64,000 nucleotides of DNA, from positions 19,107 to 83,106 of the forward strand of contig JAPDFW010000013.1 in NCBI GenBank assembly GCA_028826165.1. Direction: 5' to 3'. Made by a program: the position numbers and the translations under genes. Under the pieces are notes generated by a model. That model worked only from the letters and a program-made list of their open reading frames with translations, searched no databases and was not told the DNA's origin. How positions within the stretch are numbered: the stretch's first letter is position 1; every line of letters starts with the position of its first letter. Below, one piece after another: positions 48,711 to 62,578 of this stretch. Source of the stretch: Anaeramoeba ignava BMAN. Taxonomy: Eukaryota > Protista > Anaeramoebae.

Positions 48711-51375
48711 ATGAAATCAATTCTTTTCTTTTCCTTTTTCTTAATTTTCAATATTTACTTAATTAAATCGATTCAAAATGATCCAAAATACATTTCATCT
48801 TCTAAATCATCAAAACTAATATTAAAAGAAACAGAAACAGAAACAACAACAAAATATTATCCTTCTCTAAATGAAGTTTTTTTTTGGCGTTTAATATCTA
48901 ATTTTTCAGGTTCAGGATATTTTGGATATTCTGTTTCAATTTATAAAAATGTTCTTGTTATTGGAACTTATTATGCAGATCAAGCATTTATTTACAGATA
49001 TAATGGAACAAATTGGAATCATGAACAAACTTTGAATGAATCAAGTTCAAATTTTGGATATTCTGTTTCAATTTATGAAGATGTTATTGTTGTTGGGACT
49101 TCTGGTGCAAATCAAACATTTATTTACAGATATAATGGAACAAATTTTATTCTTGAACAAATCTTGAATCAATCAGCTAAATATTTTGGATATTCTGTTT
49201 CAATTTATGGCAATGTTCTTGTTGTTGGTGCATATAATGGAACAATTTGGAATCAAGAACAAATATTGAATGAATCAGCTTCATATTTTGGATATTCTGT
49301 TTCAATTTATGAGAATGTTACTGTTATTGGAGCTTATTATGCCAAAAAAGTATTTATTTACAGATATAATGGAACAAATTGGAATCAAGAACAAATATTG
49401 AATGAATCAGCTTTATATTTTGGATTTTCTGTTTCAATTTATGGCAATGTTCTTGTTATTGGAGCTTGGAGTGCCAAACAAGTATTTATTTACAGATATA
49501 ATGGAACATGGAATAAAGAACAAATATTGAATGGATCAGCTTTATATTTTGGATCTTCTGTTTCAATTTATGATAATGTTATTGTTGTTGGAGCTTATGG
49601 TCAAAATCAAACTTTAATTTACAGATATAATGGAACTATTTGGAATCAAGAACAAATTTTGAATGGATCAGTTCCTTATTTTGGATATTCTGTTTCAGTT
49701 TATGAAAATTTTACTGCAATTGGAGCTTTTATTGCAAATCAAGCATTTGTTTATGAATTTATACAAATTCCTCAAGTTATTCTTGTTAATTGTTCATCTT
49801 TGTTTTCATCATTTGATTGTTATTGGAATAAAATTGAATTAGTGAATTTGAAATATCAAATCAAGTATCAGTATCGTTGGGTTGATATTCAATCTCCAAT
49901 TCTTGAAGATGATAATGTTTATTATCAATTATTTAATTCTTCAAATTATGTTAATATTACTGGAAATGAATTTTATTCAATTCAAATCAAAGCTTGTGAT
50001 GCATCATCAATTAAATGTGGTGAACCTTCTTCTTTCATTAATTTAACAACAAAAATTGATTCTGTAAAAGATTTCCAATTAACAAATGCAAATTCTTCAA
50101 TTAATGTGACTTGGAATCCTCCTAATGTTAAAATTAATGAAGGAATTGCTCATCTTGATCATTATAACCTTTCTCATTTCAATCAATCTCAACCTGATTC
50201 AATATCTTTCGTTTCAGTTGCTAATTCTTCACTTTCTTATTTTTTGAATAATTTAAAATGTGGAAATGATTATAATATTTCAATTTGTGGATGTAGAACA
50301 CTTAAATGTCAAGGAAATGATAAAGGAGAAGTTGTTGATTCATTAATTTCATTATTATTTGAAAAAGTTGGAAATTTAACATGTTCAATTTCAAATTCAA
50401 TCGATATTAATTGTAATTGGAATCAACCAATTAATTGTTCAACTCCATCTTATTATAATTTTACTTATCAATCAATTTCTCAAAATGATTCAGGAAATTA
50501 TCAACCAATATCATCAAATCAACAATTCACAGCTCAAATTCCAAATCAACAATATCAAATCAATGTATCAGCATGTAATTCAAATGATAAATGTGGATAT
50601 ATTTCAACAATTTCAATTACAACTGATAATTTACCAATAGCTCCAACAATTTATGAAACAATTTCCAAAATTGAAGAAATTGAATTTAATTTCACAAAAT
50701 TAACAAATGCAAATAATTATTCAATTTCACTTAATAATGAAACAAATTGGCAAAAATTCACATCTCTTGATTTAAGTGGAAATGAAATAATTGGAATCAT
50801 AAGTGGAATACCAGGAAATGTTGAATATAATATTTCAATTAGAGGATGTTCAGATTTAAATTGTGAAACACCATATTTAGGATTACCAAGTTCAATTATT
50901 TCAACAAGAGCTAAATTAGGAAATATTACTTCATTAAATTGCATATCATTAATTAATGGATTTGAATGTAGTTGGGATTCATTAATTTTATCAAGTGGAT
51001 TAAAAGCATATTCATTTCATTTCAATTCAATATCAATTTGTTTATCAAAAACAACAAATTTTCATTCAGAATCAGGATTAAATGGAGGAGAATATTATGA
51101 AATTTCAATTTATTCATCAGCTGATTTAAATTGTTTAATTTAATGAATATTCAGGAATTAATTCAAAAACATCAATTACAACATTATCTCCAACTGAATC
51201 AAAAGAAAGTTCCTCAAAAACTTCAATCATAATTATATCAATCCTTTTGTCTATTTTAATAACAGGAATTATTATAGTTATTATTGTTATTATTAAAAAA
51301 AAACGCACTCCAAAAATCATTTTTCAAGAAGAGAACAAAGAACTTGAACCTTTAACAGACATTGAATTACTTTAA
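48711..51375 (+). CDS. FG-GAP/FN3 surface protein copy B (indel near 51140)
   Basis: 810-aa ORF plus frameshifted TM and tail ending LTDIELL*. Confidence 0.85.
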
Positions 51376-51760
51376 ATAATATTATGATATTTCTTCATTT
51401 CTTTTCAAAAATAAAATTAAAATCAAAATTTAAAATTAAAATTTAATTTTTTTAATAAGATCATTTTTTTCTTTTTCAATTCCCTTTTTTTTGTTTCTTT
51501 TCTTATTTTCTTTTATTTTATTTTATTTGCATCTCTATTATTCTAAATTTACAATCACACACTAAATTTAATATTAAAAGTAAAAAATTTATAACAAAAA
51601 AACACACAAATTTGATTTTTTTTTGATTTTTGATTTTTATTTGATTTTTAATAAATAATTTTAATAATCTTAGTTCTTCTGAAAAAAAAACAAAAAAAAA
51701 TTTTTGTTTTGATTTTTTTGATTTATTTCTTTTTTTAAAAAATAATAAAATAGGGAAAAA

Positions 51761-54434
51761 ATGAAAACAATTCTTTTAATTGTCTTAATAATCCAAGTTA
51801 TTTTGATTGAATCAATCCAATCTGAACAATTAATAACAACAAGACATTATTCTTCAGGGGAAGAGAATTATGCTTGGAATTTAATCAGTACATTTTCAGA
51901 ACTTTCTGCATATTATGGATCTAGTGTTTCAGTTAAAGGAAATGTTCTTGCTATTGGAGATGCTGGATTAAGTCAAACATCCATTTACAGATATAGCGGA
52001 ACAAATTTTAATCTTGAACAAACTTTGGACGGACCTTCAAGTTCAAGTTTTGGATATTCCGTTTCAGTTTCTGAAAATGGAACTATTCTTGCTGTTGGCG
52101 CGTTGAATTCAGATCAAGCATTTATTTACAGATATAATGGAACTATTTGGAATCAAGAAGTGATTTTGAATGGAACTGTGAATTCTCGTTTTGGATCAAG
52201 TATTTCAGTTTCGGAAGAGGTACTTGTTGTCGGTGCTCAAGATCCAAGTCAAGGATTGATTTACATATTCAATGGAACTGATTGGAATTACGAACTTTTT
52301 TTGAATGGATCTTCAGGATCTGAATCGAGTGTTTCAGTTTCGGGAAATCAAACAAGAAATGCTATTGTTGTTGGATCTTCTGCTGCAAATCAAGTTGTTG
52401 TGTTTAGATACGATGGAGCTTCCTTCAATTTTGAAGACGCTTTGTCGGGATCTTCAGGTTTTGGATCTAGTGTTTCAGTTTCTGAAAATGGAACTCTTCT
52501 TGCTGTTGGAGCTTCGAATGCAAAACAAGCATTTATTTACAGATATAATGGAACATGGAATCAAGAACAAATATTGAATGGATCAACTCCAAGTTTTGGA
52601 TCTTCTGTTTCAATTTATGGAAATGTTCTTGTTATTGGAGCTTATTCTGCAGATCAAGCATTTATTTACAGATATAATGGAACTATTTGGAATCAAGAAC
52701 AAACTTTGGATGGATCAAGTTCAGGATTTGGTCATTCTGTTTCAATTTATGAAAATTTTACTGCTGTTGGAGCTCCCGATTCAAGTCAAGCATTTGTTTA
52801 TGAATTTATGCAGATTCCTCAAGTTAATATTCTTAATTGTTCATCTTTGTTTTCATCATTTGATTGTTATTGGGATCAAATTGAATTAGCGAATTTGAAA
52901 TATCAAATCAATTATGGATTTGGTTGGATTGGTATTGAATCTCCAATTCTTGAAGATGGGAATGTTTATTATCAATTATTTAATTCTTCAATTTATGATA
53001 ATATTACTGGAAATGAATTTTATTCAATTCAAATCAAAGCTTGTGATGTATCATCAACTAAATGTGGTGAATCTTCTTCTTTCATTAATTTAACAACAAA
53101 AATTGATTCTGTAAAAGATTTCCAATTAACAAATGCAAATTCTTCAATTTGTGTGACTTGGAATCCTCCTAATGTTCAAATTAATTTAGGAATTGCTCAT
53201 CTTGATCATTATAATCTTTCTCATTTCAATGAATCTCAACCTGATTCGATATCTTTCGTTTCACTTGTTAATTCTTCATTTTTTTATTTTTTAACCCATG
53301 TGGAATGTGAAAATTATTATAATATTTCAATTTGGGGATGTAGAACACTTGAATGTGAAGGAAATGATAAAGGAGAAGTTGCTAATTCATTAATTTCATT
53401 ATTATTTGGAGAAGTTGGAAATTTGGCATGTTCAATTTCAAATTTAATAGATATTAATTGTAATTGGAATCAACTAATTAATTGTTCAACTCCATCTTAT
53501 TATAATTTTACTTATCAATCAATTTCTCAAAATGATTCAGGAAATTATCAACCAATATCATCAAATCAACAATTTACAGCTCAATTTACAAATCAAGAAT
53601 ATCAAATCAATGTATCAGCATGTAATTCAGATGGAAAATGTGGATATATTTCATCAATTTCAATTACAACTGATAATTTGGCTGCTCCAATAATTTATGA
53701 AACAATTTCTAAAATTGAAGAAATTGAATTTAATTTCACAAAATTAACAAATGCAAATAATTATTCAATTTCACTTGATAATGGAACAAATTGGCAAAAA
53801 TTCACATCTCTTGATTTAAGTGGAAATGAAATAATTGGAATCATAAGTGGAATACCAGGAAATGTTGAATATAATATTTCAATTCGAGGATGTGCAGATT
53901 TAAATTGTGAAACACCATATTTAGGAGAACCAAGTTCAATTATTTCAACAAGAGCTAAATTAGGAAATATTACTTCATTAAATTGCATATCATTAATTAA
54001 TGGATTTATTTGCACTTGGCATCCATTAATTTTATCAGAAGGATTAAAAGCATATTCATTTACTTATAATTCAATATCAATTTGTTTATCAGATTCACTA
54101 GCAGCTCATTATTTACTTACAGGATTAAATGGAGGAGAATATTATGAAATTTCAATTTATTCATCAGCTGATTTAAATTGTTCATTTAATGAATATTCAG
54201 GAATTAATTCAACAACATCAGTTACAACATCATCTCCCAACTGAACCATGTCAACAAAGTGATAACTCAACGAACACAACAGCTATTACTGTTGGAGTAA
54301 TTGTTCCTATTGTTGTTATTGCGGCTTTTATTATTGGAGTTATTTTATTTAAGAAAAAGAGAAAAAAATCCAAAAATTCAAACAAAAAAGAAAAAGAAAA
54401 AGAAAAAGAACTTCATAATGATTTGGATCTTTAA
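51761..54434 (+). CDS. FG-GAP/FN3 surface protein copy C (indel near 54238)
   Basis: 827-aa ORF plus TM AITVGVIVPIVVIAAFIIGVILF in ORF 54189-54434. Confidence 0.85.
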
Positions 54435-54762
54435 TTCAAATCACAGAACCAATTCAATTTTTCTTTCAAAACCTTTTTTTTTTTTTTTTCTAATTTTTTT
54501 TTCAATTTCCAAATTCAAATTCAAAATAAGAATAATAAAAAATCAAAACAAAATTGCTTTTTATTTTATTATTTAATTAATTAAATTGAAAATTAAAATA
54601 AAAGTGATTTGATCAATTTTAATTTAATTAATAAGAATAAGGGTGTATTAATTAAAATAAAAAAATTAATAAAAAATACAATAAAACAAAATTGTTTTTA
54701 TTTTTTTCATTTTTTTCATTTTTTTTCTTTTTAAAAAAAAAAAAAAGATTTATTAGATTAAA

Positions 54763-57220
54763 ATGAATTTAAAAAAAAAACTTTTTATTTTCTTCATTTT
54801 ATTAATTCTCTTTAATGAAGTAATTACAACAAAAGATAAAATCGCTCCAAAGGAAAGAAAAAAAGAAGTAAATTTTGCTTTTGAAAAAACAAACAGAAAA
54901 AGCAAAAAATTTTTTGAAGAAGCAAAAAGAAAAAGAAAAAGAAGAAGATGAATTAATATGGAACGAAATTGAACAAATACTTTCCAATGACGGAAGTACA
55001 AGGGATCTATTTAGTTACTCAATTTCAATTTCTGAGAACAGGAAATATCTAGTTGTTGGAGCACCTTTTGCAAGTGCTAATGGTAAAGCAGATCAAGGAA
55101 AAGTTTATGTTTTTGAAAATAACGGAACAAATTGGATCCAAACTCAAATTTTATTACCAAGTGATGGCGATAATGATCAATATTTTGGATCAAGTTCTTC
55201 AATTTCAAGAGATGGAACTTTTATTGTTGTTGGATCTCCTTCTGCAACTGTTAGTGGATATCCTTCAGAAGGAAAAGCTTATATTTTTGAAAACAATGCG
55301 GGAAATTGGATTCAAACTCAAATGCTATTTGCAAATGATAGTGAAAGTTATGAATATTTTGGATCAAGTATTGCAATTTCACAAAATCAAACGTATCTTT
55401 TTATTGGAGCTCCTTTTGCAACTGTGAATGGAAGGACTTCTCAAGGAAAAGTCTATGTTTTTGGAAACAATGCGGGAAATTGGGTTCAAACTCAAATTTT
55501 ATTTACAACTGATACTGGTTTTTATTACCAATTTGGAACAAGTATTTCAATTTCTGAAAATGAAAATTATCTTGTGATTGGAGCTCCTGGCGCAGCTGTG
55601 AATGAAACTAGTCATCAAGGAAAAGCTTATGTTTTTGAAAACAATGCGGGAAATTGGGTTCAAACTCAAAGTTTAATAGCAAGTGATGGTGGTCTTTATT
55701 ACCAATTTGGAACAAGTATTTCAATTTCTGAAAATGAAAATGATCTTTTTATTGGAGCTCCTTTTGCAACTGTGAATGGAAGTAGTTCTCAAGGAAAAGT
55801 CCATGTTTTTAGAAAAAATGCGGGAAATTGGGTTGAATCTCAACCTTTAATAGCAAGTGATGGTGGTCTTTATTACCATTTTGGATCAAGTATCTCGGTT
55901 TCACAAAATGATACATTTCTTGTTGTTGGAGCTCCTGGTGCAAATATTGGAGCAAATAATTCTCAAGGAAAAGCTTATGTTTTTGAAAATAACGGAACAG
56001 ATTGGGTTCAAACTCAAATCATAGCAGAAAGTGATGGGAATCCAAGCGACCGATTTGGATTTAGTGTTTGTGCTTTATTAAATGATATTTTTGTTGGAGC
56101 TACTTTTGCGAGTGTTGGAGGTAATTCGTCCCAAGGAAAAATATATGTTTTTGCAAAATTCTCAGCTCCTTCACAAGTCAATCTTTTGAATTGCAGTTCT
56201 TTATTTTCTTCATTTAACTGCTATTGGAATCAAATTCCGAATGATTCAAGTCACATTGAATATCAAATCATTTACAATTCTTCATGGGAAGTGATCAAAT
56301 CACCAAATCTGAATCAAGGAACATACTATCAACTTTTCAATTCCTCAATCTATCCAACTATCATAGGGAATGCTGATTATTCAATCCAAATCAAAGCTTG
56401 CGATAAAACAAAAACACCAAAAGTTTGCGGAAAAAGTTCAAATGCCTGGAATTTACAAACAAGAATTGATTCCGTTACAGATTTTTATTTGAAGGCTTTA
56501 TCAGAGAACTCAATCCAGGTTTCATGGAATTATCCAAATGTGCCAATCATTGATTCAGTTCCCAAATTATCTCACTATGTGGTTTCTTATAAAAAACAGA
56601 GTTCATATCAAACATCAAACATCTCAGTATTGAACTCTTCGACTTCATATCAGATAACTAATTTGGATACAGAGACACTGTATTCCATTTCCGTTTGGGG
56701 CTGCAGGAGTGAGGGATGTTCTGGGGAAGATCAAGGAAAAATCACATCAGGATCAATTTCCACTTTATTTGGAAAAGTGTTAAATCTTCAATGCTCTAAC
56801 TTGAAAGATTATCATGTGTCATGTTCTTGGAATCCACCAACTATAGGAACTCCTAGTTATTATAACCTCACTTATCGAGCAACAACTCAAAATGATTTCA
56901 ATACAATAAACACAAACATGTTGTCTCAAGAATTCACCGTAAAATTTTTAAATCAAGAATATCAAATCGATGTTTCTGCTTGTGATTCATTTCTTCAATG
57001 TGGAACTGTCTCTTCAGTTAAAATTACAACTTTGAATTCAAATCAAAGTTCCCAAAGTAGTTCAAAATCTACAAAAATTGCTCTTGGTGTTGTTTTCTCA
57101 ATTATTGGTGTTGCTTTGATTGCTCTTGGAATATTTTGGTTTCAAAGAAAGAAAAACAGGATTACAAAATATGAAAAACTTGAATTGGAAAAAGGGGAAA
57201 TCAAAGCAAATCAAAATTAA
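54763..57220 (+). CDS. FG-GAP/FN3 surface protein copy D (divergent; indel near 54900-54930)
   Basis: Signal peptide MNLKKKLFIFFILLILF; canonical FG..S.S....LVVGAP......QGKVYVF repeats; TM IALGVVFSIIGVALIALGIFWF. Confidence 0.87.
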
Positions 57221-57627
57221 AATTAAAATTAAAATTAAAATTAAAATTAAAATTAAAATTAAAATTAAAATTAAAATTAAAATCAAAATTAAAATTAAAA
57301 TCAAAATTCAAATCAAAATTAAAATTAAAATTAAAATTAAAATTAAAATTAAAATTAAAATTAAAATTAAAATCAAAATTAAAATTAAAATTAAAATCAA
57401 AATTATAATTAAAATTAAAATCAAAATCAAAATCAAAATTAAAATCAAAATCAAAATCAAAATTAAAATCAAATTTAAAATCAAAATCAAAATCAAAATT
57501 AAAATCAAAATCAAAATCAAAATTAAAATCAAAATCAAAATTAAAATTAAATTTAAAATTAAAATTCAAAATCAAAATCAAAATTAAAATCAAAATTAAA
57601 ATTAAAATTAAAATTAAAATTAAAATT
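57215..57627. repeat. (AATTAA/AATCAA)n microsatellite spacer
   Basis: Directly visible; the same repeat separates the RCC1-BTB copies and fills several introns. Confidence 0.9.
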
Positions 57628-57661
57628 CCAAAATCATTTTTTCATTTTTTACTTTTTAAAA

Positions 57662-59461
57662 ATGAATGAAATTATATTTTTTGGAAGAAATAAACCAAAA
57701 CTTTTCAAAAATAAACCAAACCTTTTCAAAAATAAACCAAAAAAAAATAAAAAAAAACCAATTCAATTTAAATTTGAAAATGAAAATGAAAATGAAAAAC
57801 AAATTAAACAAATTTCAACAGGAGACTTTTCAACAATTTTCCTTTTTGAAAATGGAAAAGCAATAGAATATTTAAGATATTCAAATCAAAATCCTGAAAA
57901 AATTCAAATCAAAAATATTCAAAAAGTAACTGTTGGTTTTCACAATGAAGCTATTTTAACAATAGAAGGAAATGTATTTGCCAAAGGAGAATATATTAAT
58001 CCAAATAATCCAAAAGAATTTATCAATATTTCATCATTAATTGAAGATACGAATGATAGAATAATTCAAAATATTATTTCTGGAGCTAGTTCAATTTACT
58101 TATTAACTTCAAATCAAAATGCTTATGGAATTGGTTCAAATGAATATGGTCAACTTGGTTTTGATTATCAAATCCTTCCAAAAACAGAAAAACCAATTTT
58201 AATGATGAAAAATGTTTCTAAAATATTTTCAGGAAATACTTCAAATTTTGTTTTTCTTTTAAATCCAAATCAAGAATTATTTGGATGCGGATATAATACA
58301 TATGGTCAACTTGGATTAGGAGAATCAAGAAATGAAACAAAAATACAAAAATTAACCAAAATCCAAAATATTCCAAAAGGCAAAATAATTGATATTCAAT
58401 GTGGATATTTTCATTCAATAATGTTGATTGAAAATCAAAATCAAAATGAAAATCCAAAAAGAAAACTTTATTCATGTGGATATTATTTATCTAATGGACT
58501 TGGCAAAAATGGAATTAAAAATACTTATGAATTTACTGAAATCAAATCATATTTATTTGAAAATGATGATAATATTATTGATTTTTCTGTTGGAAATAAT
58601 CATACCTTGATTTTAACATTTAAAGGGAAATTAATTTCGTTTGGAATTAATGATTATGGTCAATTAGGAACTGGAGATATAAATGATAGTCAACAAATTC
58701 CAATTCAAATTGAACTTCCTAAATTAAGATTTAATGAAAATATTTATAATTATCATATTTCTTGTGGTGCTTGGAATTCATTTATTTATTATTCTCCTCC
58801 TCTTTCTTTTTCCAATCTTGAAGAAGATTTGATAAAATTATTTGAAAGAAAAGAATTTTGTGATATTTCATTTAAAACCAAAAATGGAGAAATAATTGAA
58901 GCTCATAAATTAATATTGAAATATAGATTAAATGAAAATGAAAATGAAATTGAAAAACTTCAAGAAATTATTTCAAAAAAATCAATCAAAGAATCAAATC
59001 AAATATTTGAAATGATTTATTCAAACAGAATTATAAATCCAAAATTATACTCTGAGATTAAAGAAATTATAAGTTCAAATGAAAAAATTGAAGAAACAAT
59101 TAAAAGAATTTATTTAAATGAAAATGAAAAAGATTTTATAATTGAAAGAAAAGAAAAACAATATAAATTTCCAAAATTAATATTAATAATGAGAAGTGAA
59201 TTATATCGAGGAATGTTTTTATCTGTAACAAATGATAAATCAAATAAAGTTACAGATTATAGTGAATTAAGTAATAAATCATTTCAAATATTTGAATATT
59301 GGATTTATTCAAATCAAATTAAAGATGAAATTGAAATTACACAAGAAATTATTAATGAACTTGAAATTGGAATTGATTATTTTCAATTAAATCAAACAAA
59401 TCCAAATTTATTTGATTTATTAATTAATAAATTTAATAATCAAAATCAAAATCAAAATTAA
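57662..59461 (+). CDS. RCC1-BTB-BTB copy 10 (intact, 599 aa)
   Basis: Full paralogous ORF with an N-terminal KPKLFKN duplication. Confidence 0.92.
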   Translation: MNEIIFFGRNKPKLFKNKPNLFKNKPKKNKKKPIQFKFENENENEKQIKQISTGDFSTIFLFENGKAIEYLRYSNQNPEKIQIKNIQKVTVGFHNEAILTIEGNVFAKGEYINPNNPKEFINISSLIEDTNDRIIQNIISGASSIYLLTSNQNAYGIGSNEYGQLGFDYQILPKTEKPILMMKNVSKIFSGNTSNFVFLLNPNQELFGCGYNTYGQLGLGESRNETKIQKLTKIQNIPKGKIIDIQCGYFHSIMLIENQNQNENPKRKLYSCGYYLSNGLGKNGIKNTYEFTEIKSYLFENDDNIIDFSVGNNHTLILTFKGKLISFGINDYGQLGTGDINDSQQIPIQIELPKLRFNENIYNYHISCGAWNSFIYYSPPLSFSNLEEDLIKLFERKEFCDISFKTKNGEIIEAHKLILKYRLNENENEIEKLQEIISKKSIKESNQIFEMIYSNRIINPKLYSEIKEIISSNEKIEETIKRIYLNENEKDFIIERKEKQYKFPKLILIMRSELYRGMFLSVTNDKSNKVTDYSELSNKSFQIFEYWIYSNQIKDEIEITQEIINELEIGIDYFQLNQTNPNLFDLLINKFNNQNQNQN

Positions 59462-59524
59462 AATTAAATTTAAATTTAAATTTAAAATCAAAATCAAAAT
59501 CAAAATTAAAATTAAAATTAAAAT

Positions 59525-59975
59525 TAAAATCCAAATTCAAATCCAAATTCAAATCCAAATTCCAATCCAAATTCAAATTCCAAATCCAAATCTAATCTAA
59601 ATTCCAATTAAATCCAAATTAAATTCCAATCCAAATCTAATCTAAATCGATCTAAATTTCAATCCAAATCCAAATCAAATCCAAATTCAAATTCCAAATT
59701 CAAATTAAATTCCAATTAAATTCCAATTAAATTCCAATTAAATCCAAATTAAAATTAAATTCAAATCCAAATTCAAATTAAAATTCAAATTCCAATTCCA
59801 ATCCAAATCTAATCTAAATCAAAATCAATCTAAATTCCAATCAAATCTAATCCAAATCTAAATTCAAATTCCAATCCAAATTCCAATTAAATCTAAATCA
59901 AAATCCAAATCAAATCCAAATCAAATCTAAATTCCAATTAAATTCCAATCAAATCCAAATTAAAATTCAAATTAA
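59525..59975. repeat. Degenerate C-containing hexamer satellite (AATCCA/AATTCC/AATCTA)
   Basis: Directly visible; essentially no G on the plus strand. Confidence 0.75.
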
Positions 59976-60407
59976 AAAAAAAAGAAAGAAAAAGGAGAAA
60001 AATTAAATTAAAAAGGAGAAAAAATTAAATTAAAAATAAAAAGAAAAATTTTTCATTTTTCATTTTACTTGTTCGAAATAAAAATATAAAATAATAATTT
60101 TAATTATTAATTTAAAAAGAAAAACAAAAAGAAAAACAAATAATTTAATTCATAGTTTTGTTTTCTTTACAAATTGTTCAATAAATTTATTAAAATTAAA
60201 AACAAAAACAAAAACAAAATTAAAAACAAAAACAAAAACAAAATTAAAATTAAAATTAAAATTAAAAACAAAATTAAAATTAAAAACAAAAACAAAAACA
60301 AAAACAAAAACAAAAACAAAATCAAAATTAAAATTAAAATCAAAATTAAAAACAAAATTAAAATTAAACAATTATTTTTCATTTTTTTTATTCAATTATT
60401 TTAGAGA

Positions 60408-62334
60408 ATGTCCACAAAACAAGAAACCTTAATTGAAAATGATTCAGAAAACGTGAACAACTCTAATAACGAAATGGAAGTAGATAAAAAGAAAGAAAAA
60501 GATTTATATAAACAATATTCACTTTATCCAAAAAAACGTGTAACAAAAACTCAAAAAATTATAAAAAAAGCACCAAAACTTAGAAAATCAATTACACCTG
60601 GTAATTTTACAATTAAAATCAAAATTCATTTATAAATTTGAAATTAATATTAAAAATAAAATTAAAATTAAAAATTAAAATTAAAATTAAAAATTAAAAT
60701 TAAAATTAAAATTAAAATTAAAATTAAAATTAAAATTAAAATTGAAATCAAACTAAAATTAAAATTAAAATTAAAATTAAAATTAAAATTAAAATCAAAT
60801 TTAAAATTAAAATTAAAATTAAAATTAAAATTAAAATTAAAATTAAAATTAAAATTAAAATTTAAAATTTAAAATTAAAATTAAAAATTAAAATTAAAAT
60901 TAAAAATTAAAATTAAAATTGAAAAAATTAAAATTAAAATTAAAATTAAAATTAAAATTAAAATTAAAATTAAAATTAAAATTAAAAATTAAAATTAAAA
61001 TTAAAATTAAAATTAAAATTTAAAATTAAAATTAATATTAAAATTTTAAAAAAAATTAAAATTAAAAACAAAAATTCATTTATAAAAATCAAATTTAAAA
61101 TTAAAATTAAAATTAAAATTAAAATTAAAAATTAAAATTAATATTAAAATTAAAATTAAAATTAATATTAAAATTAAATTTAAAATAAAAATTAAAATTA
61201 AAATTAAAATTAAAATTAAAATTAAAATTAAAATTAAAATTATAATTAAAATTAAAATTAAAATAAAATTTAAATTTAAAATTCATTTATAAAAATAAAA
61301 AGGAACTGTTCTTATTTTATTAACTGGAAAAAACAAAGGAAAAAGAGTTGTCTTTTTAAAACAATTACCATCTGGTTTATTATTAGTTACAGGTAAAAAA
61401 ATTAAAATTAAAATAATTAAAATTAAAATTAAAATTAAAATTTAAAATCAAAATTTAAAATTAAAATTAAAAATTAAAATTAAAATTAAAATTAAAAAAA
61501 TTAAAATTAAAATTAAAATTAAAATTAAAATTAATATTAAAATTAAAATCAAAAATTAAAATTAAATTTGAAATTAAAAATTCGTTTATAAAATTAAAAT
61601 TCATTTATAAAATTAAAATTAAATTTTAAAATTGAAATTAAAAATTAAAAATTAAAATTAAAATTAAAATTAAAATTAAAAATTAAAATTAAAATTAAAA
61701 ATTAAAATAAAAAATTAAAATTAAAAATTTAAAATTAAAATTAAAAATTAAAATTAAAATTAAAATTAAATTTAAAATTAAAATTAAAATTAAAATTAAA
61801 ATTAAAATTAAAATCAAAATTAAAATTAAATTTAAAATTCATTTATAAAATTAAAATTAAAATAAAAATTAAAATTCATTTATAAATTTGAAATTAAAAT
61901 TCGTTTATAAAATTAAAATTCGTTTATAAAATTAAAATTAAAATTAAAATTCATTTATAAAATTAAAAATTAAAAGGACCTTATTCAATTAATGGAATTC
62001 TTCTTTCAAGAGCTAATCAAAGATATGTTATTGCAACTAAAACCAAAATTAATATTGAAAATGTGAAAATTCCAGAAGAAGTAAATGATGATTTATTCAA
62101 ACAAAAGAAAGAAAAAGTTGAAAAAGAAAAAAGTGAAAAAGATCTTCTTGATGGAGAAGTTGGAAAAAAGAAAAAGAAAGAAAAAAAAGTTATTCCTCAA
62201 GAAAAACTTGACAGACAAAAGATTATTGATGAACCAATTTTAGAAGAAATCAAAAAAGAACCACTTCTTGAACGTTATCTTAAATCTCTTTTTAGTTTAA
62301 CTAATGGTCAATTCCCTCATAAAATGGTTTCTAA
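60408..62334 (+). CDS. RPL6: 60S ribosomal protein L6 (eL6); exons 60408-60600, 61303-61392, 61977-62334
   Basis: [11 protein letters not shown]|[30 protein letters not shown]|[32 protein letters not shown](F*); the terminal F-stop needs one extra T at about 62330. Confidence 0.93.
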
Positions 62335-62578
62335 ATTTCAAATTCGTTTCTTTTTCATCAATTTTTGTTTCATTTCTTTTTACTCTCAAAAAACTTACAT
62401 AATAACGAAAAACAAATTTTTACACAATTTTATCTTCAATTTAGAGAAAATTCAACTCAAAAATGATTTTTTTTTTTCTTTTCTTTTCTTTTTAAGAAAT
62501 AAATTTTTCCTTTTAAAATTAAATTTTGTTTTTCAATTAAAAAGAATTCATTTTTAAATTTAAAATTTTATTATTTAA

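Noticed and set aside
6166-57220. Inteins or transposase ORFs
   Set aside because: No Hint-domain splice motifs or DDE/RT motifs recognised in any ORF
5835-62334. Many frameshifts suggesting pseudogenes or programmed frameshifting
   Set aside because: Most are single-base indels at homopolymers. One affects the conserved terminal F-stop of essential RPL6, so assembly error is the simplest explanation; read polishing would confirm.
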